Below, piece by piece: positions 1 through 12,447 of a stretch of 64,000 nt of DNA. This DNA comes from Takakia lepidozioides (lineage: Eukaryota > Plantae > Bryophyta), in contig CM060733.1 in NCBI GenBank assembly GCA_030704615.1, positions 73,904,001 through 73,968,000 on the forward strand, read 5' to 3'. The translations under genes and the position numbers were made by a program. The notes beneath the pieces are model-generated. The model did no database searches, was not told the DNA's origin, and saw nothing but the letters and a program-made list of their open reading frames with translations. Numbering within the stretch: position 1 is the first letter of the stretch; each line of letters starts with the position of its first letter.

Positions 1-3000
1 TGCAAGGGCAGTATGATGCCCCCTTGTTCGCCATGATCTGGAAGTCGGTGCAATTGCAGGTGGGTAATTCTAAAATGGTGATGGTGTACACCTCATTGCG
101 AACAGCTGAGCCTACCGTGGCCATCTGATACACACGCCCGAAGCCTGGTGGGGGCACTTCTGTCGAGCTCTGGATTGTATAGTTCATCCGAAGTGCATTC
201 CCCATCCTTGTCTCGATCACTTTTGAGGGAGGTCGCCACCTCTTCGGTTTCCCCCAATGGTGTGTAGGATGCTTAGAGCTGTTGGGTCCCATTGTTCTTG
301 CTCTCATAGGGGTCGGTGGTGGAGGCTGTGGAAGAGGAAATGGTTGTATGGGGACGTCAGTGCGCTGCACCATCCAAAATCCTGCGGCGGTAAGGGCGTC
401 GGCCTCAACCTGACTCAGATCGCAGCTTGGTTCCACCGGCCACACCGGGAGAGCCTCTGGCATTGTTTGTATGCCGTACTTGGGCTTTCCATACACGCAA
501 GTCATAATGTCGTGCCTGCAGAACCAGAACTGGGTGGTTGTCGCCTCCGCAAACTTTGCATGGACAAATCTTCCTGTAAAAGTAGGAGCAGGGACAGCCC
601 CATCTGGATTCCTCCTTATCATCTCTAAACAATGTTTCCGTGTATCCACTCGAATTGCGGAACACCTACCTCGAAACGACGGCTTTGTGCGAGCAATTCT
701 CCACTGTGACGCAGACACAGTCGTCTCCACAATGGCTTGGCCATACTACATAACAGCGGGCGGAATCTGGGGCAAGCGAGCGGTGGGAATTTCTCGCACA
801 TAATCCCCGCTTGAAGGCGATGGCGATCTGGAATTTCAGAGATCTCTGAAGGTCTTCCAGCAGTTCCTCCGTTGTGGCCGTCACTACGTGCACCAGATGT
901 GCGGCAGAAGACGCTCGCCAGGAGGAGTGGACTGATTCTGCCATATTCGTGTTCGGCATGTCCGTGTCGGAATCCAAGCACCGCTCCTACAATGACACAA
1001 ACAATGGTGAGGGACCAATGGAAAGGTCCGTAATAGAAAGACAATTGCACGAAAATGACAGCATCATACCTCTCGCATGTACTGTCCGAACTGTCGATAC
1101 CGGAAATGCCACCACCCCAACCAGCTGTGCAAGGCTCCCAGATTGGTTGTCTCCACTGCACCTGACGTGTTCCACCAAGCCTCGATGATAGCAAACTTAA
1201 CCTCCGAGTCATCAAATGTGGGTGCATCCTTCCACGCCGTACAAAGGACACGGTGTTCAGCCTGGAATGAGCTAGCAACAAATTTGGTAGTGTAGTGAGA
1301 TAGACTCTGCATCCAATGGAATCCATAGGATCTCTCTTTCCCCTCCATTGGAACATTGGGGTCCTCACCGTACACACGCCGCACCGCTGCCCAGTTGGCC
1401 TGAGCGTTGTCTGCCATGAATCCCCTGAAATTGGGCTCTGGCAATCCCGCCCTTGCCATCTGCTCGTTTATGCCCTCCCACAAATGCATCGCCGACTGTG
1501 TGTTCTCCCCTTCATCTCGCAGATTGCAATCATCATGAGCCTCTTGGAGTGATAGTCATAAACATGCGCACCCATAGTCACACACTAATGGTTTGTAATT
1601 CGCTTGATGTGATCAAACATCACCCAAGCATTCGACAAGTTTCCAGTTGTCATGCAAGTGACCAAGTCGACTCCACTCCCAGGCCCACACGTCGACATTT
1701 TAAAAATGTAACAACGATCGGATTCGCTGCCTTGCCCTGGAAACCTGCTACCTTGGATGTAGTCATATCCAGTCATTCGTTTCACCTCCAGGATTGAGTG
1801 CATGTCCGACCCCTGGCCGAACTCCTGCTTGCAAGATACGATGTGATTCCGCACATTCGGACTACAAACGTGCGAGACGGACTCCAACAGGTCAAGCATC
1901 TCCTCTTCGTTCAAGGGCACTCGGTCTGAACCATCTTCAGACATGATTTTGCCAAGAGCAATCTTGTGGGCTACCTTCAGCTGAATCTTTGGTCTGGCTC
2001 CGGGGCTCAATTTCACCGCCTCTTTTATGATGTCGTGTGCTTCCTGCACAGCCTCACGCATGTTGCCTCTCGCCAAGGGGTGGCAGTGGACCCCAACGTG
2101 TATGCAAGCTCTAGTCAAGTCCGGGAGCAAATGGATAACGTAATATTGCTTGGCTCTGCACATGGACATGCACGTCGGTGGTTCTTTGCAATGTGCGCAC
2201 TTGAAAGTACACGCAGGAGCTTGGCTGGAGACAATGAATGGATGATGGGTTGTGCCAATCCAATCCGTCTCGTTTCTCCGCCCTCCTTTGGAAAGAAAGT
2301 GGAAGCAGGCAAGATTGAGGCACCTCAGCTTCCCCGCACAGAGGACGTATCGTACACGAACACCATCAGCCATTTTCGTGCTACTGGTCTTCGTCACACA
2401 CCAGGGGTGTCCGTCATGCTTTCGATCCATGTCTGTTAACATCCCTGAGGCTTTGTTTGAGGAAGTAACAGGTGGGAACTCAAAGATGACATTGCCATCA
2501 ACTTCGGGAGGCAGATACGTTACCTTCCTGACTGGAAATTTGGCATAGTCGAGAGCAGCCAGCTCGGAGCGAGAACCATCGAGGTGATATTGCCGTAGGA
2601 GCTGCACAATGGACCGGGTTGGAGTTATGCTCGAGGGTACATGCGTAGCACCTGCAGAGACGTCCATGTCGGATTTGAATGACCGTGTGGAGGACATGGG
2701 GACCTCAATGCACTCATCTTCCTCGTCGAAAATGTCGAATACGTCCACACGAGAAGCTATGGAGGGTCTTGACGGTCCAGGTCGGGAATGATTATCGTTG
2801 CATACCTCTCTGTTGGCAGTGGCCGCCAGTCGGTTTCCGGACTCCTTTGTGGATGGTGTGGGCAGCGACTGATTCGGAAAGGGAATGGGCATTCCCACAG
2901 CTCGGTACAGGATGGTGTCTGATGGGGATACGTGCCATTCGATTCCGCAACCTCCGTCGTTACCTAGCACGACAATGGTCTCGTCAACCTGTCCAGGAAC

Positions 3001-3159
3001 ATCCTTCATTTCTTCTTCCAAATAAATTGTGCCCGGTTTGAGCTTGAATTTGGAACAAAGGTAAGTTTCAGTCACTCTGCAAAGTCCTCCCTCGTTTGGG
3101 ATCCAGGCTCTCCTAAGTTGCGGAGGATAGCAAACTATAGCGTAGGAATTCGGAGCCAT
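1..3159 (-). pseudogene. MULE-type transposase, copy A (GCM/WRKY-like Zn domain, DDE core, SWIM running off the window start); disrupted
   Basis: ORFs 1585-3171, 1064-1489 and 666-977 align with the 24395-27981 protein (DGHPW, CAHC..CIHVGVHCH, VMFDH, FMADNA, TNMAESVH). In-frame TAG at 1585-1587, GT-AG intron 987-1069, internal deletion near 860; SWIM motif (CNC..CPCK) at 1-60. Confidence 0.85.
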
Positions 3160-3536
3160 CGAAGACCGCACAAAGTTGGCAAGTGCGAGGTTCAGTATAG
3201 CGACAGACCAAGGCTCACAGGCACCATGTAAGTGGATCTGCGGAGTCCATCAACGATTGGAAGTTGCACATTGAAGTGGAAAGTATTGTTACAAGCTACA
3301 TGCATGAAGGTGGGAGGTGTGATTCCATAGCCAGTAAGTATGACAATGATGGCCGATTCGGCGACGAAATAACATCTCCTGACAGTTTCTCCTGAGGGTG
3401 GATCCACCAGTATTCTCGGTACAGACATGTTTGCACTGACAAGTGCCAGGACTGTTAGTTAAAACAGTCAGACAACCAAGTTGTGCTCATCAAGACAGGC
3501 CGCAATTGTGTTGTTTCGGAATAATGCAACCCATTG

Positions 3537-4896
3537 TGTCGCGGCCCTTTGCCTTGAGGGCAGGGAGTCGGGACACAAGAGGGGCTGCCCCTGTGGTGGG
3601 GGCAGTGGCAGCGATAGGTATGGGGGGCTGAAGCACCCTCGAGTGCCCAAAGCACTCAAGGAGGCGGAGGCGCTCACTAGGTGGAGCCCCGCACACTGGG
3701 TTGCGGTGGGGGTGGGGTGGTGGTAGCTTAGCGGGACTTAGTGGGGGTGGCATAGGACTCACCCTGGGGCAGAGACCTCGTGGTGGGAGTCGTGGGGAGT
3801 CTTGGGACTCATCACGGTCCATAGGGGCCGTGGTGGGTGGGCCAAGACTCGCCGCGACTCATCACCGGGAGTCGAGGGTGTTCGTAGTGGTTCGCCATAA
3901 AATGGCATGGTTGTTTGTGAAACCCCCGCGGACAGCTATAGAAGTATATATAGGGAGTAGTAACCCCGAGAACAGTGCAAGCCCGTTGGTGACCAAAAAC
4001 TAGTGAGTAAGCGAGCGAGCCGGAAAGCGACCAAAGAGTGGGGAACTGTTCCGGACTGCCAACTACCAAGGGAATTCCGCTGGTTCCAAATCGTTGGAGG
4101 GTTCTTTGGAGATCAAAGGGGGACCGTTATGCCCCGGTGAGCAGCCGGAGCTCCAAGTTGGCCCGGCGGCCAGGTTGGGAGTTAGGCGCGCGCATCAAGC
4201 GAGTAACTATGACTTGAAGGGGAGCTTACCAAAGTGAGGTGCGCGACATTTGGTATCAGAGCTTAGAGTTCAGTACGCGATCATCCTTGGGATTGGCCTC
4301 ATCATGGGGTCGGGCAAGCCAAAGCGAAAGCGGAACGGCCCAAAAGATGATGATCCTAGTGAGCCCGATGGTGGCGATGTGTCACCGAGGCGGCCGTTTG
4401 AGGAAGCGATGCATGTTTCCGAAAACGAGGCCGCTCAAGAGCGGGAGGAATCTGAGGAGTCGGAGCCTGAGGAATCCCTGAGAGCTCCAACCGACCAACA
4501 GATGCCTCCCATGCCGGCAGCCTTTTGGGAAGGGTTGTTGGCGCAACTTGGCGGGACGTTGAAAGACGTGTTGAAGGTGGCTAATGCCACTTCCACTAAG
4601 GCAAAGTTTAAGGTAAAGCCTAAGGAACCAGGCACCTTCGAGGGTGTCCGAAATTGGAAGGCACTCAACACCTGGCTCTTGGAGCTAGAGCAGTACTTCC
4701 GGGCGACCAAGTTGAGTGACGAGGATCGGGTGGAAGTGGAGGGGCTATGCTCAACAATGGTGGCAGAAACGCCTTCATGACCGAGGTCCAAGCCCGGAAA
4801 CCTTGAACTGGAGTGGGTTCAAGGAATTGATGAAGAGGCAGTTTGTGCCCCTCAACACGTCCTGGCTCGCCCGAGACAAGATGAGGAATTTGAAGC
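3537..4896 (+). mobile_element. Truncated Ty3/Gypsy chromovirus copy (5' LTR, PBS, gag 5' part) abutting the upstream region of transposase A
   Basis: TG...CA LTR 3537-4248 highly similar to 11668-12392; PBS TGGTATCAGAGC at 4251-4262; gag ORF 4250-4780 matches 12394-13527, and similarity stops at ~4896. Confidence 0.9.
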
Positions 4897-7074
4897 ACAT
4901 ATCATTTGTAAAGACAAGATTACCCAAAACTCAGTATGATCTTGGGCACTAAATCTCCCAAATTTGATTGGCCCCAATGATGTCCTCCCAGTACATTTTT
5001 TAGCCCTCTTAGGTATGGGGTGATCCTGAAATCCATAGCAAGAATTCAAATGGACAAACCTGATGGGTCCATGAGAAGTATCCCTCCAAGTTTTACTGAT
5101 ATTTTGGGTGCATAAGTAACCCAAGTATCTCTATAAGTAGCCATTGTAGCTTAGTACCAGGACGTTGGTTTCATGGGGCAAAGAATTTGAACACACCTGA
5201 AGTCTACATTGGCCTGACATCATGCCTTTGGCACTTCAACTTGTCTAGTGGAAATCATTTGTGATTGTGCCTTGGCTGACCCCTGCATTGTCCAACTTCC
5301 CTGTCTTGACAGACATACCCTATCTCTTCGTGATTTTACCAAAAACATACATAATTAGAATCATGGTCATTGTGAAGAACTATAACTCACAGACGGAGAA
5401 GGTGTTCGTAGTGTAGATGATGGGCATTTTTGTCCTGCGACATGAGCATGGGCATGTTCTCCGCGGCTTGCTGTGGCATCCGCTGACGACGCACTCGCCT
5501 CGCACTGGCGTGGGAGGAGTGGATCGTCCTCATCGTCCTCAGAAGAGCCCTCATGCAGAATCGTAGTCTTCATCGTCTTCAGTCTGGCACTTTGCCTTGC
5601 AGGACCTTGATCCCTACCTTTTTCCTTCGGAGCGCGTGGCTTGCGAGGGCGATTCGCTCCCGCAAGCCTGCACAAACACCTCCATGATCTCCCTCTCAAA
5701 CAATCACAAACAAATGTAAGCATACATACCCTAATACTCTTAAGCCTACGCTAAACCACATCCGCACCCTACCAGGACGTAATGCCTGCCCACGAATGAC
5801 GGCAGACATCTCCCGCCTAATGACACACCCTCCTCAAACCTAATCGTCACTCACTGCATGTTGTTTGCCTCTCTGTTTGTACAAGTCGCAGTTTGGTCCC
5901 AGAATGAGGGATTTAGTTTGGGAACTCTGTTCAAAGCTGAATGCAAAAGGTAAGGATGGGGTAGAATGTAGATATAGATAATGGGCTCTTTATCACTGAT
6001 TGACAGACCTGAATTGTCTCTGAAAGCAATCAGAATGGAGGGCCTTGTTTGGGAAGAGAGAATGACGAAACAGGGAATGTGGGGCATCCTTGAGATATCA
6101 AATCACAAATTCTGTATCTGGTTCTACTGGATGTGTTGCCTTGGTGTAATTGCACAGCATGTAGGAAGGGTGCAATGTTCTACATGATACCCAAGGAATA
6201 TTTTGTCATGCAAGGGTGAGAAAAGAAATCTGGAGAGCTGCACAGAAAAAGGAAGAACGAAGGGATAACCAGTTGTAAGCTGAGAGATAAAAATGGAGAA
6301 GCTTCCCAGTCCCATCCATGTTTTCTCTTCCGCTCGGCATAGATGAGGGCATCTGGTCTCTGGTCATGAACAGTAAAAGGTCAATGATTGAGGATAGTGA
6401 TTTACTTGTCTTCACTAGGGTGTAGTGGGCTGGGGCAGCAAGCTTCTTTGCACTACGAACCAGATTTAGATTTTTACATAAGGGATTCATGCCCTTCTTT
6501 TTTCACACTACAGAATGCGGAGGAAAATCAACAAGCGATTTGTAGAGTGTAGAGATTCAGTTGATTTATTGGAGCGTCCTTCTCATATGCAGATTGGATT
6601 AGCATGGTACCAAAAAGTTCGAGGAGGGGTTTATACGTACAATTTGACTTATAACATGATGGTTGATTTGGATTCCATTATCGCATTAGCATGTTTAAAG
6701 TACAATGTCAAGTCAAACACATATGAACTTGATGTAAATGACCGGAAAGTCTTTGACAATTTTATCAAAAGGCAAATAATTTTTATTATTAATTTATTAG
6801 ATTTTATTCTGTTTTAAATGAATAAATTTGATATAATATAAAAACATACATATACATATTGGAGGGTATTTTTTAATGATTGGAAATGGGAATATACATA
6901 CATAAGGGGGTACTTTTTAAAAAATTGGAATTTCTTGTATATTTACAAGAGGGGGTTTTATAATCTTCAAAAAGTATGTACAGAAGGGGTATAAAATATC
7001 CAAGGACCCGTATACAAGGGTTTTTTTTTTTTAGGCGGCGAACGCACATGATACGCACAGTTTATAAAGAGTGC

Positions 7075-7190
7075 AAACCCCAAGGACAGAGGTACGTGCC
7101 TTTTTGGGACATGTGGGTTACTATCGCCGCTTTATCCGTCGATATGCCGAGATTGCCTTACCATTGACGCAATTATTGAAACATGATGCC
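7075..7190 (+). pseudogene. Ty3/Gypsy RT-RNaseH connection fragment
   Basis: Translation [33 protein letters not shown] is a typical Ty3 RT thumb motif. Confidence 0.75.
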
Positions 7191-7234
7191 GAAAAGGATG
7201 GGCGTAACATTGTCTTGTGCCCGGCAAGCCAAGC

Positions 7235-7640
7235 TCACTGGTCTCCTAGATCCATATTCAGAAGAGTGTACATCTCGTCGGGGCTCAACGCTGGTGCATG
7301 TATGAAGTGATGAGTTGTGGAATTACACCGGAGTCTCTTTATGTACACGTAGTACAGATGCTTGCAAGGGCAGTATGATGCCCCCTTCTTCGCCATGATC
7401 TGGAAGTCGGTGCAATTGCCGGTGCGTAATTCTGAAATGGTGATGGTGTACACCTCATTACGGACAACTAAGCCTGCCGTGGCCATCTGATACACACGCC
7501 TGATGCCTGGTGGGGGCACTTCTGTTGAGCTCTGGATTGTATAGTTCATCCCAAGTGCATTCCCCATCCTTGTCTCGCTCACTTTTGAGGGAGGTCGTCG
7601 TCTCTTCGGTTTCCCCCAACGGTGTGTAGGATGCTTAGAG
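7235..7640 (-). pseudogene. 3' fragment (SWIM domain) of MULE transposase
   Basis: YTITI..GNCTDF..YCPCKHLYYVY; nucleotide near-duplicate of 1-280 and homologous to 27478-27981. Confidence 0.85.
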
Positions 7641-8470
7641 TTGTCACGTATGTTTATTCTTGCTATTCCAAGTAACGGGCGTCTCGACGGGAGAGACAAT
7701 CAAAGCTATAGCTTTGAAGCTATGGCGGAAATAACAGACTACACTCTCGCATTACTACTTACGCAGTGGAACAAGGACGGGCGAACGCAGAGTACCTTTT
7801 CTCTAAACCGATACTTGCAAGCCCCACAGGCTTACAAGCACTTACCCATTTCATTCTACGCCAACCATACTTTTATGCTTTGGCCCTGCAGGCGTTTTCT
7901 TCAGTTGTTGCAACCCAAACTTTCTGTTTGTCTAGAATGAAGAGAGTGAGAGGAATGGAGGATATCAGGGTGAAGAGCACCACAATCTTACAGAAGCAAA
8001 TGATTGCTGCACCACAGGCGGTGCAGCTACTGAAGGAGCTGCGATTGGAAGGATTGCTACGCAAGGATTGGTCCTTGCATCATCGGCAGTTCATGATACA
8101 ATTTCTTCAGAACTTTGAGCCTCGGACAGGAGTTACTCAGGTGAGGGGAGTAGATATAAATTACTCCCCAGTACCTTAGCAATTGTTTTGATTTGCCATC
8201 AGACATGTGGAAGTAGATGAGTACAAGCAAGATTACAGATAGGGAATCTGTTCCAAGAAGGGAGTTTTCTTTAAAACTCAAGGTTTTGCTTGTACCAAAG
8301 CCGAGTACCCAGGGCTTAGGAAGTTGGCCAAATCTTGACGTTCTGTTTGCCATGAAACAGAACCAACAATTTGAGCAGTCCTTCACAGAGGAGATCCTGA
8401 GAGCTTTGAAGGGAGAGGATGTCGCTTGGGCGGAGTTAATGTACAACGGATTGGTGGACGAGATGAAGAG
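7641..8470 (+). mobile_element. Fragment of the extra ORF of the large non-chromo Ty3 family
   Basis: Matches 34950-35760 and 28780-29600 in reverse (QSYSF..MA.ITDYTLALLL, HHRQFMIQFLQNFEPRTGVTQVRGVDI, AWAELMYNGLVDEMKR); cut at 8470 by the element C terminus. Confidence 0.85.
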
Positions 8471-8575
8471 GGGGGCACTATTTCATGAGCGGCATGAGCA
8501 TGAGCGGAAAAAAAAAAAAGCATGAGCAGACCATTGTGAGTCCACGAAATAGGGTTAGGAGGCACGGAAATAGGG
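8471..8575 (+). repeat. Element C terminus with CATGAGC subterminal repeats
   Basis: GGGGGCACTATTTCATGAGCGGCATGAGCATGAGC...AAAAGCATGAGCAG...AATAGGGTTAGG; homologous to the reverse complement of 60250-60378. Confidence 0.75.
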
Positions 8576-11133
8576 TCATGTGAAGTTGGAATGTGGCACC
8601 AGTGGACTTGAAATGCAACATTTTATTGCAAATTTTTGTGGCAAGCCACGTCTATACAAGTGTGTTCTAACTGTCATAGCCGGAATGGGCACTACTCCCC
8701 TCCTACACCCTCCGAGGAACTTGCCCCACCCTTCTTCCTCATCCCCCTCATCCCCCTCATCCTCCGAGCTCTTGATGCATTAGTTCCACTATGCCTCTCA
8801 AAAATCCCGTCCTCTCCTTGGGGGACTGTCCACCTCACACCTCTGGGAATCTTCTGCGTCTTCTCCCCACTTCCTTCCTCAGCAAATCCAAGACAACTAT
8901 CTACGAGCCCGACGGGCTCTAATAGCTGCTGCCTCCTCCCTCATCTTCATTTTCTTGAGCTTGCCTCGTCTAAAAATCTGTTGTACACGACTAGGTTCGG
9001 AACACCTCCTAATGGACACCGAAGCAAGCCGGGCAGCATAAGTAGGAAGGATGTACTCCCTTTTTGGACTAGCATGAAATCCCCCCTGGCAAAAAAGGCA
9101 CGTTCCTCCTGCCCATGACTCCGGTGTAGACGTCCCTCCCGGCAGTACTTGGCATCCTACAGCAAAACAAATCCACTTCAAGAATGTCAATACCAGCACA
9201 ACCAGAAAGGGTTTTCAATGAAATAAGAGAGCGAGGGAGTGCCTCACGAAATCTGGAGGCAACTTACAATGCCACCACTCACTCGTAAACCGGGGGCTCC
9301 TCGGCCTCGATCCCACTTCCTCCCCCTGCTCCTTCTCCGGATTTTTCCTCATCCTCCTAGGATGCCTCTTCCTCTTTTGGCAACGTTCAGGCCGCTGCAA
9401 GTTCCGAGTTGTGGAGGGCAGTATCTGGCTCGAAGGCGAACACATGCCTGTCGGACAAAGTCCCTCCCACATTGAAGCACCTGAGGAACAAAGCGGGCGG
9501 TTAATAGCTTGCGGCATGCAATTGCAATCGGGCCAGGGGACAACTGAGCACGTGAAGGCTTACCCGTGCCGCATGTGAGGTCCAGAATCCGCCCTTGGAC
9601 ATCTGAGCACGTCTCCATGAGGTGTTTGGATGAAAGCAGGCTCCGGGTCCGGCTGTACCCGCCACGGTTTTTCCTGTCTTTGTGTCCTTCGGCATACTAG
9701 AGTGGGGCACATAGTTGTAGAGGACATCGTAGGTAGGTTACACGGTCCACAACGGCATCAACAAGACGACCGTCGTTGCGAATTTGAACGTAGACCCTCT
9801 CTCTTCACAAAGCAATATGCCTCAAACACCAATGTCTGCACATCCAACAAAGAAGGGATCAACTCCAGGGTCTACTTAACATACACCACATATGAAGTGA
9901 ATGCAATAGATTGATAACTTACACTTTGGCCCTCTGTTCGCAACCCCCTGTGTACTGACGCAACCATTTTCAGAGGAGGACCGGGGTGACACTTTTTGTG
10001 TCCCACCTTGCCACCGCATTCTTGTGGTCTTCCCTCTCATGGCAAGGACAACCACACATCCACCGTCATCCAGAAGCATCCCCGCCAGCCCAAACCCGCT
10101 TTTCCAGTAGTCCTCAGTAAACCTGTTCTAGGTGGGCACACCATCCAGGCCCTCCAACACTCCCCATCTGGAATGTCGAGAGAATCATGTCGCAAGCTCT
10201 CTCCACCTCAACCCCCCCCCCCCCCCCCCCCGAGTGCTCTTGCAATTCGTGCTCACAGCCGTGAAAATTCCATCATGGCTTCAAAACCAGGGGTGTCTTT
10301 AGGCTCTGTACCGCCAGCCCTCTTCTTGGCTTCCCCTTCTGCTCCGCCAGAGACTTGTTGTGTGCCACCTTCTTCGCCCTGGAAGCGAGAGCGTCAAGGA
10401 AGCTCTCATTGACGCATTGGATGATGGTTGGAGGTTCTAGCTTTGGCCTGTGCGTAAACGTCACCGCCGAATACCGCCGTGTAGGCTCGCCCTCAAATGC
10501 CAACTTCTTGGCAGAGCCAGTCCCACTCCGAACTGACTTGGGAACCCGGACAACCGGTGACTGGGTAGGAGCAACAGCAGTCGCAGACCTTGAACAAAGT
10601 CGTCATCCGAGTCACTCTCTTGGGTCCCCCTCCTGCGCCTCCTCCGATGCCCCGATGGTTTTCTTCTTTCTTCTTTTTGGTGTTACACACTCACCTGTTT
10701 CCTTGTCCTTTCTTTTGGCCTTACTCTTCTCATGCATGTCTCTCTCTGAATTCCTGCCTGAGCAAGCTCTGCCGCTTTCCTGGAGTTCGCAAGCGCTTTG
10801 CCTCTTTTGCACCCAACGGAGGCAGCGGAGCCCGGTTTCGTTGGAATTCAGCATCCAGCTTCAATTGAAACTCGGATGGGTCGAGCGAGCCGGGCGGAAG
10901 GTCCACGTACCAAGGGCAATCACGCAAATGTTCCAGATGCCACTCCTTCACAATATCGTCAGTGTACATGGAGTCAGCCCCAGGGTTCCTCCATGCCAGG
11001 AAGAATGGTGGCTCAAAAGACAGATGACCTTTCTCCAAAAGGGAGAACTTGCAGTACCTGCATTCATGAAAACACAATGAGGTCCCTGAAATGCATATTC
11101 GGCACCATTTTCCCAGGTTGGGGCCAGATGTGA

Positions 11134-11667
11134 GTGGGCCTAGAAATGGAAAAATGGCGCCGAATTTCGGTTTTCGGTGACTGCCACCCTAGGGACTTAG
11201 CCATCTTGGGAGCCCTGAACTGGAAATTCGGCCGCCATTTTTCCCCCGGTTTGGCCCGAAGATGGCCAAGTCCCAGAACCGCAATATGGCCTAGAACTGG
11301 AAAAATGGCGCCGAATTTCCAGTTCAGGGCCAGCCACCCTAGGGACTTAGCCCGAAAATGGCTAAGTCCCTGAACGGCAATAGGGCCTAGAACTGGAAAA
11401 TGGCGCCAAATTTTCAGTTCGGGGCCAGCCAGTCTAGGGACTTAGCCCGAAAATGGCTAAGTCCCTGAACGGCAATAGGGCCTAGAACTGGAAAATGGCG
11501 CCGAATTTCCACTTCAGGGCCAGCCACCTAGGGACTTAGCCCGAAAATGGCTAAGTCCCTGAACGATAATAGGGCCTGGAACTGGAAAATGGCGCCGAAT
11601 TTCCAGTTCAGGGCCAGCCAGTCTGGAAAATGGCGCCGAATTTCTAGTTCCGGGCCAGCCAGTCTAG
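11134..11667. repeat. ~95-bp tandem array carrying GGAAAATGGCGCCGAATTTCC (left part, intronic)
   Basis: GGCGCC cores at 11307, 11402, 11497, 11591 and 11632; each unit also contains the AGGGACTTAGCC...GGCTAAGTCCCT inverted repeat; array resumes at 18640-18790. Confidence 0.9.
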
Positions 11668-12392
11668 TGTCGCGGCCCTTTGCCTTGAGGGCAGGGGGTC
11701 GGGACACATGAGGGGCTGCCCCTGTGGTGGGGGCAGCGGCAGCGATAGGTATAGGGGGGGCTGAAGCACCCTTGAGTGCCCAAGGCACTCAGGGAAGCAG
11801 AGGCGCTCACTAGGTGGAGCCCCGCACACCGGGTTGCGGTGGGGGTGGCTCCACAAGGGGTGGTGGTAGCTTAGGGACTTAGTGGGGGTGGCATAGGACT
11901 CACCATGGGGGCGGAGACCTCGTGGTGGGAGTCGTGGGGAGTCTTGGGACTCATCACGGTCCATAGGGGCCGTGGTGAGCGGGCCAAGACTCACCGCGAC
12001 TCACCACCGGGAATCGAGGGTCTTCGTGGTGGTTCGCCATAAAATGGCATGGCTGGTTGTGAAACCCCCGCGGACAGCTACAGAAGTATATATAGGGAGT
12101 AGTAACCCCGAGAACGGTGCAAGCCCGTTGGTGACCAAAAACTAGTGAGTAAGCGAGCGAGCCGGAAAGCGACCAAAGAGTGGGGAGCTGTTCCGGACTG
12201 CCATCTACCAAAGGGAATTCCACTAGGCCCAAATAGGTGGAGGGTCTTTTGGGAGAGCGAAGGGGGGACCGTTATGTCCCGGTGAACAGCCGAAGCTCCA
12301 AGTTGGCCCGGTGGCCGGTTGGGAGTAGGCGCGCGCATCAAAGCGAGTAACTATGACTTGAGGGGGAGCTTACCGAAGTGAGGTGCGCGACA
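11668..12392 (+). repeat. 5' LTR
   Basis: TGTCGCGG...GCGCGACA; direct repeat of 17915-18639. Confidence 0.97.
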
Positions 12393-12394
12393 CT

Positions 12395-12406
12395 TGGTAT
12401 CAGAGC
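12395..12406 (+). promoter_or_regulatory. Primer binding site (tRNA-iMet)
   Basis: TGGTATCAGAGC 2 nt after the LTR. Confidence 0.95.
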
Positions 12407-12447
12407 TTAGAGTTCAGTACGCGATCGTCCTTGGGATTGGCCTCATC

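Noticed and set aside
4900-6500. Short minus-strand ORFs, possible degraded transposon or gene exons
   Set aside because: No motif or reading-frame continuity that I can support.
6515-7030. 100-aa ORF followed by AT-rich tract with AGGGGT motifs
   Set aside because: Possibly a DNA-transposon remnant, but no recognisable domain or second copy in the window.
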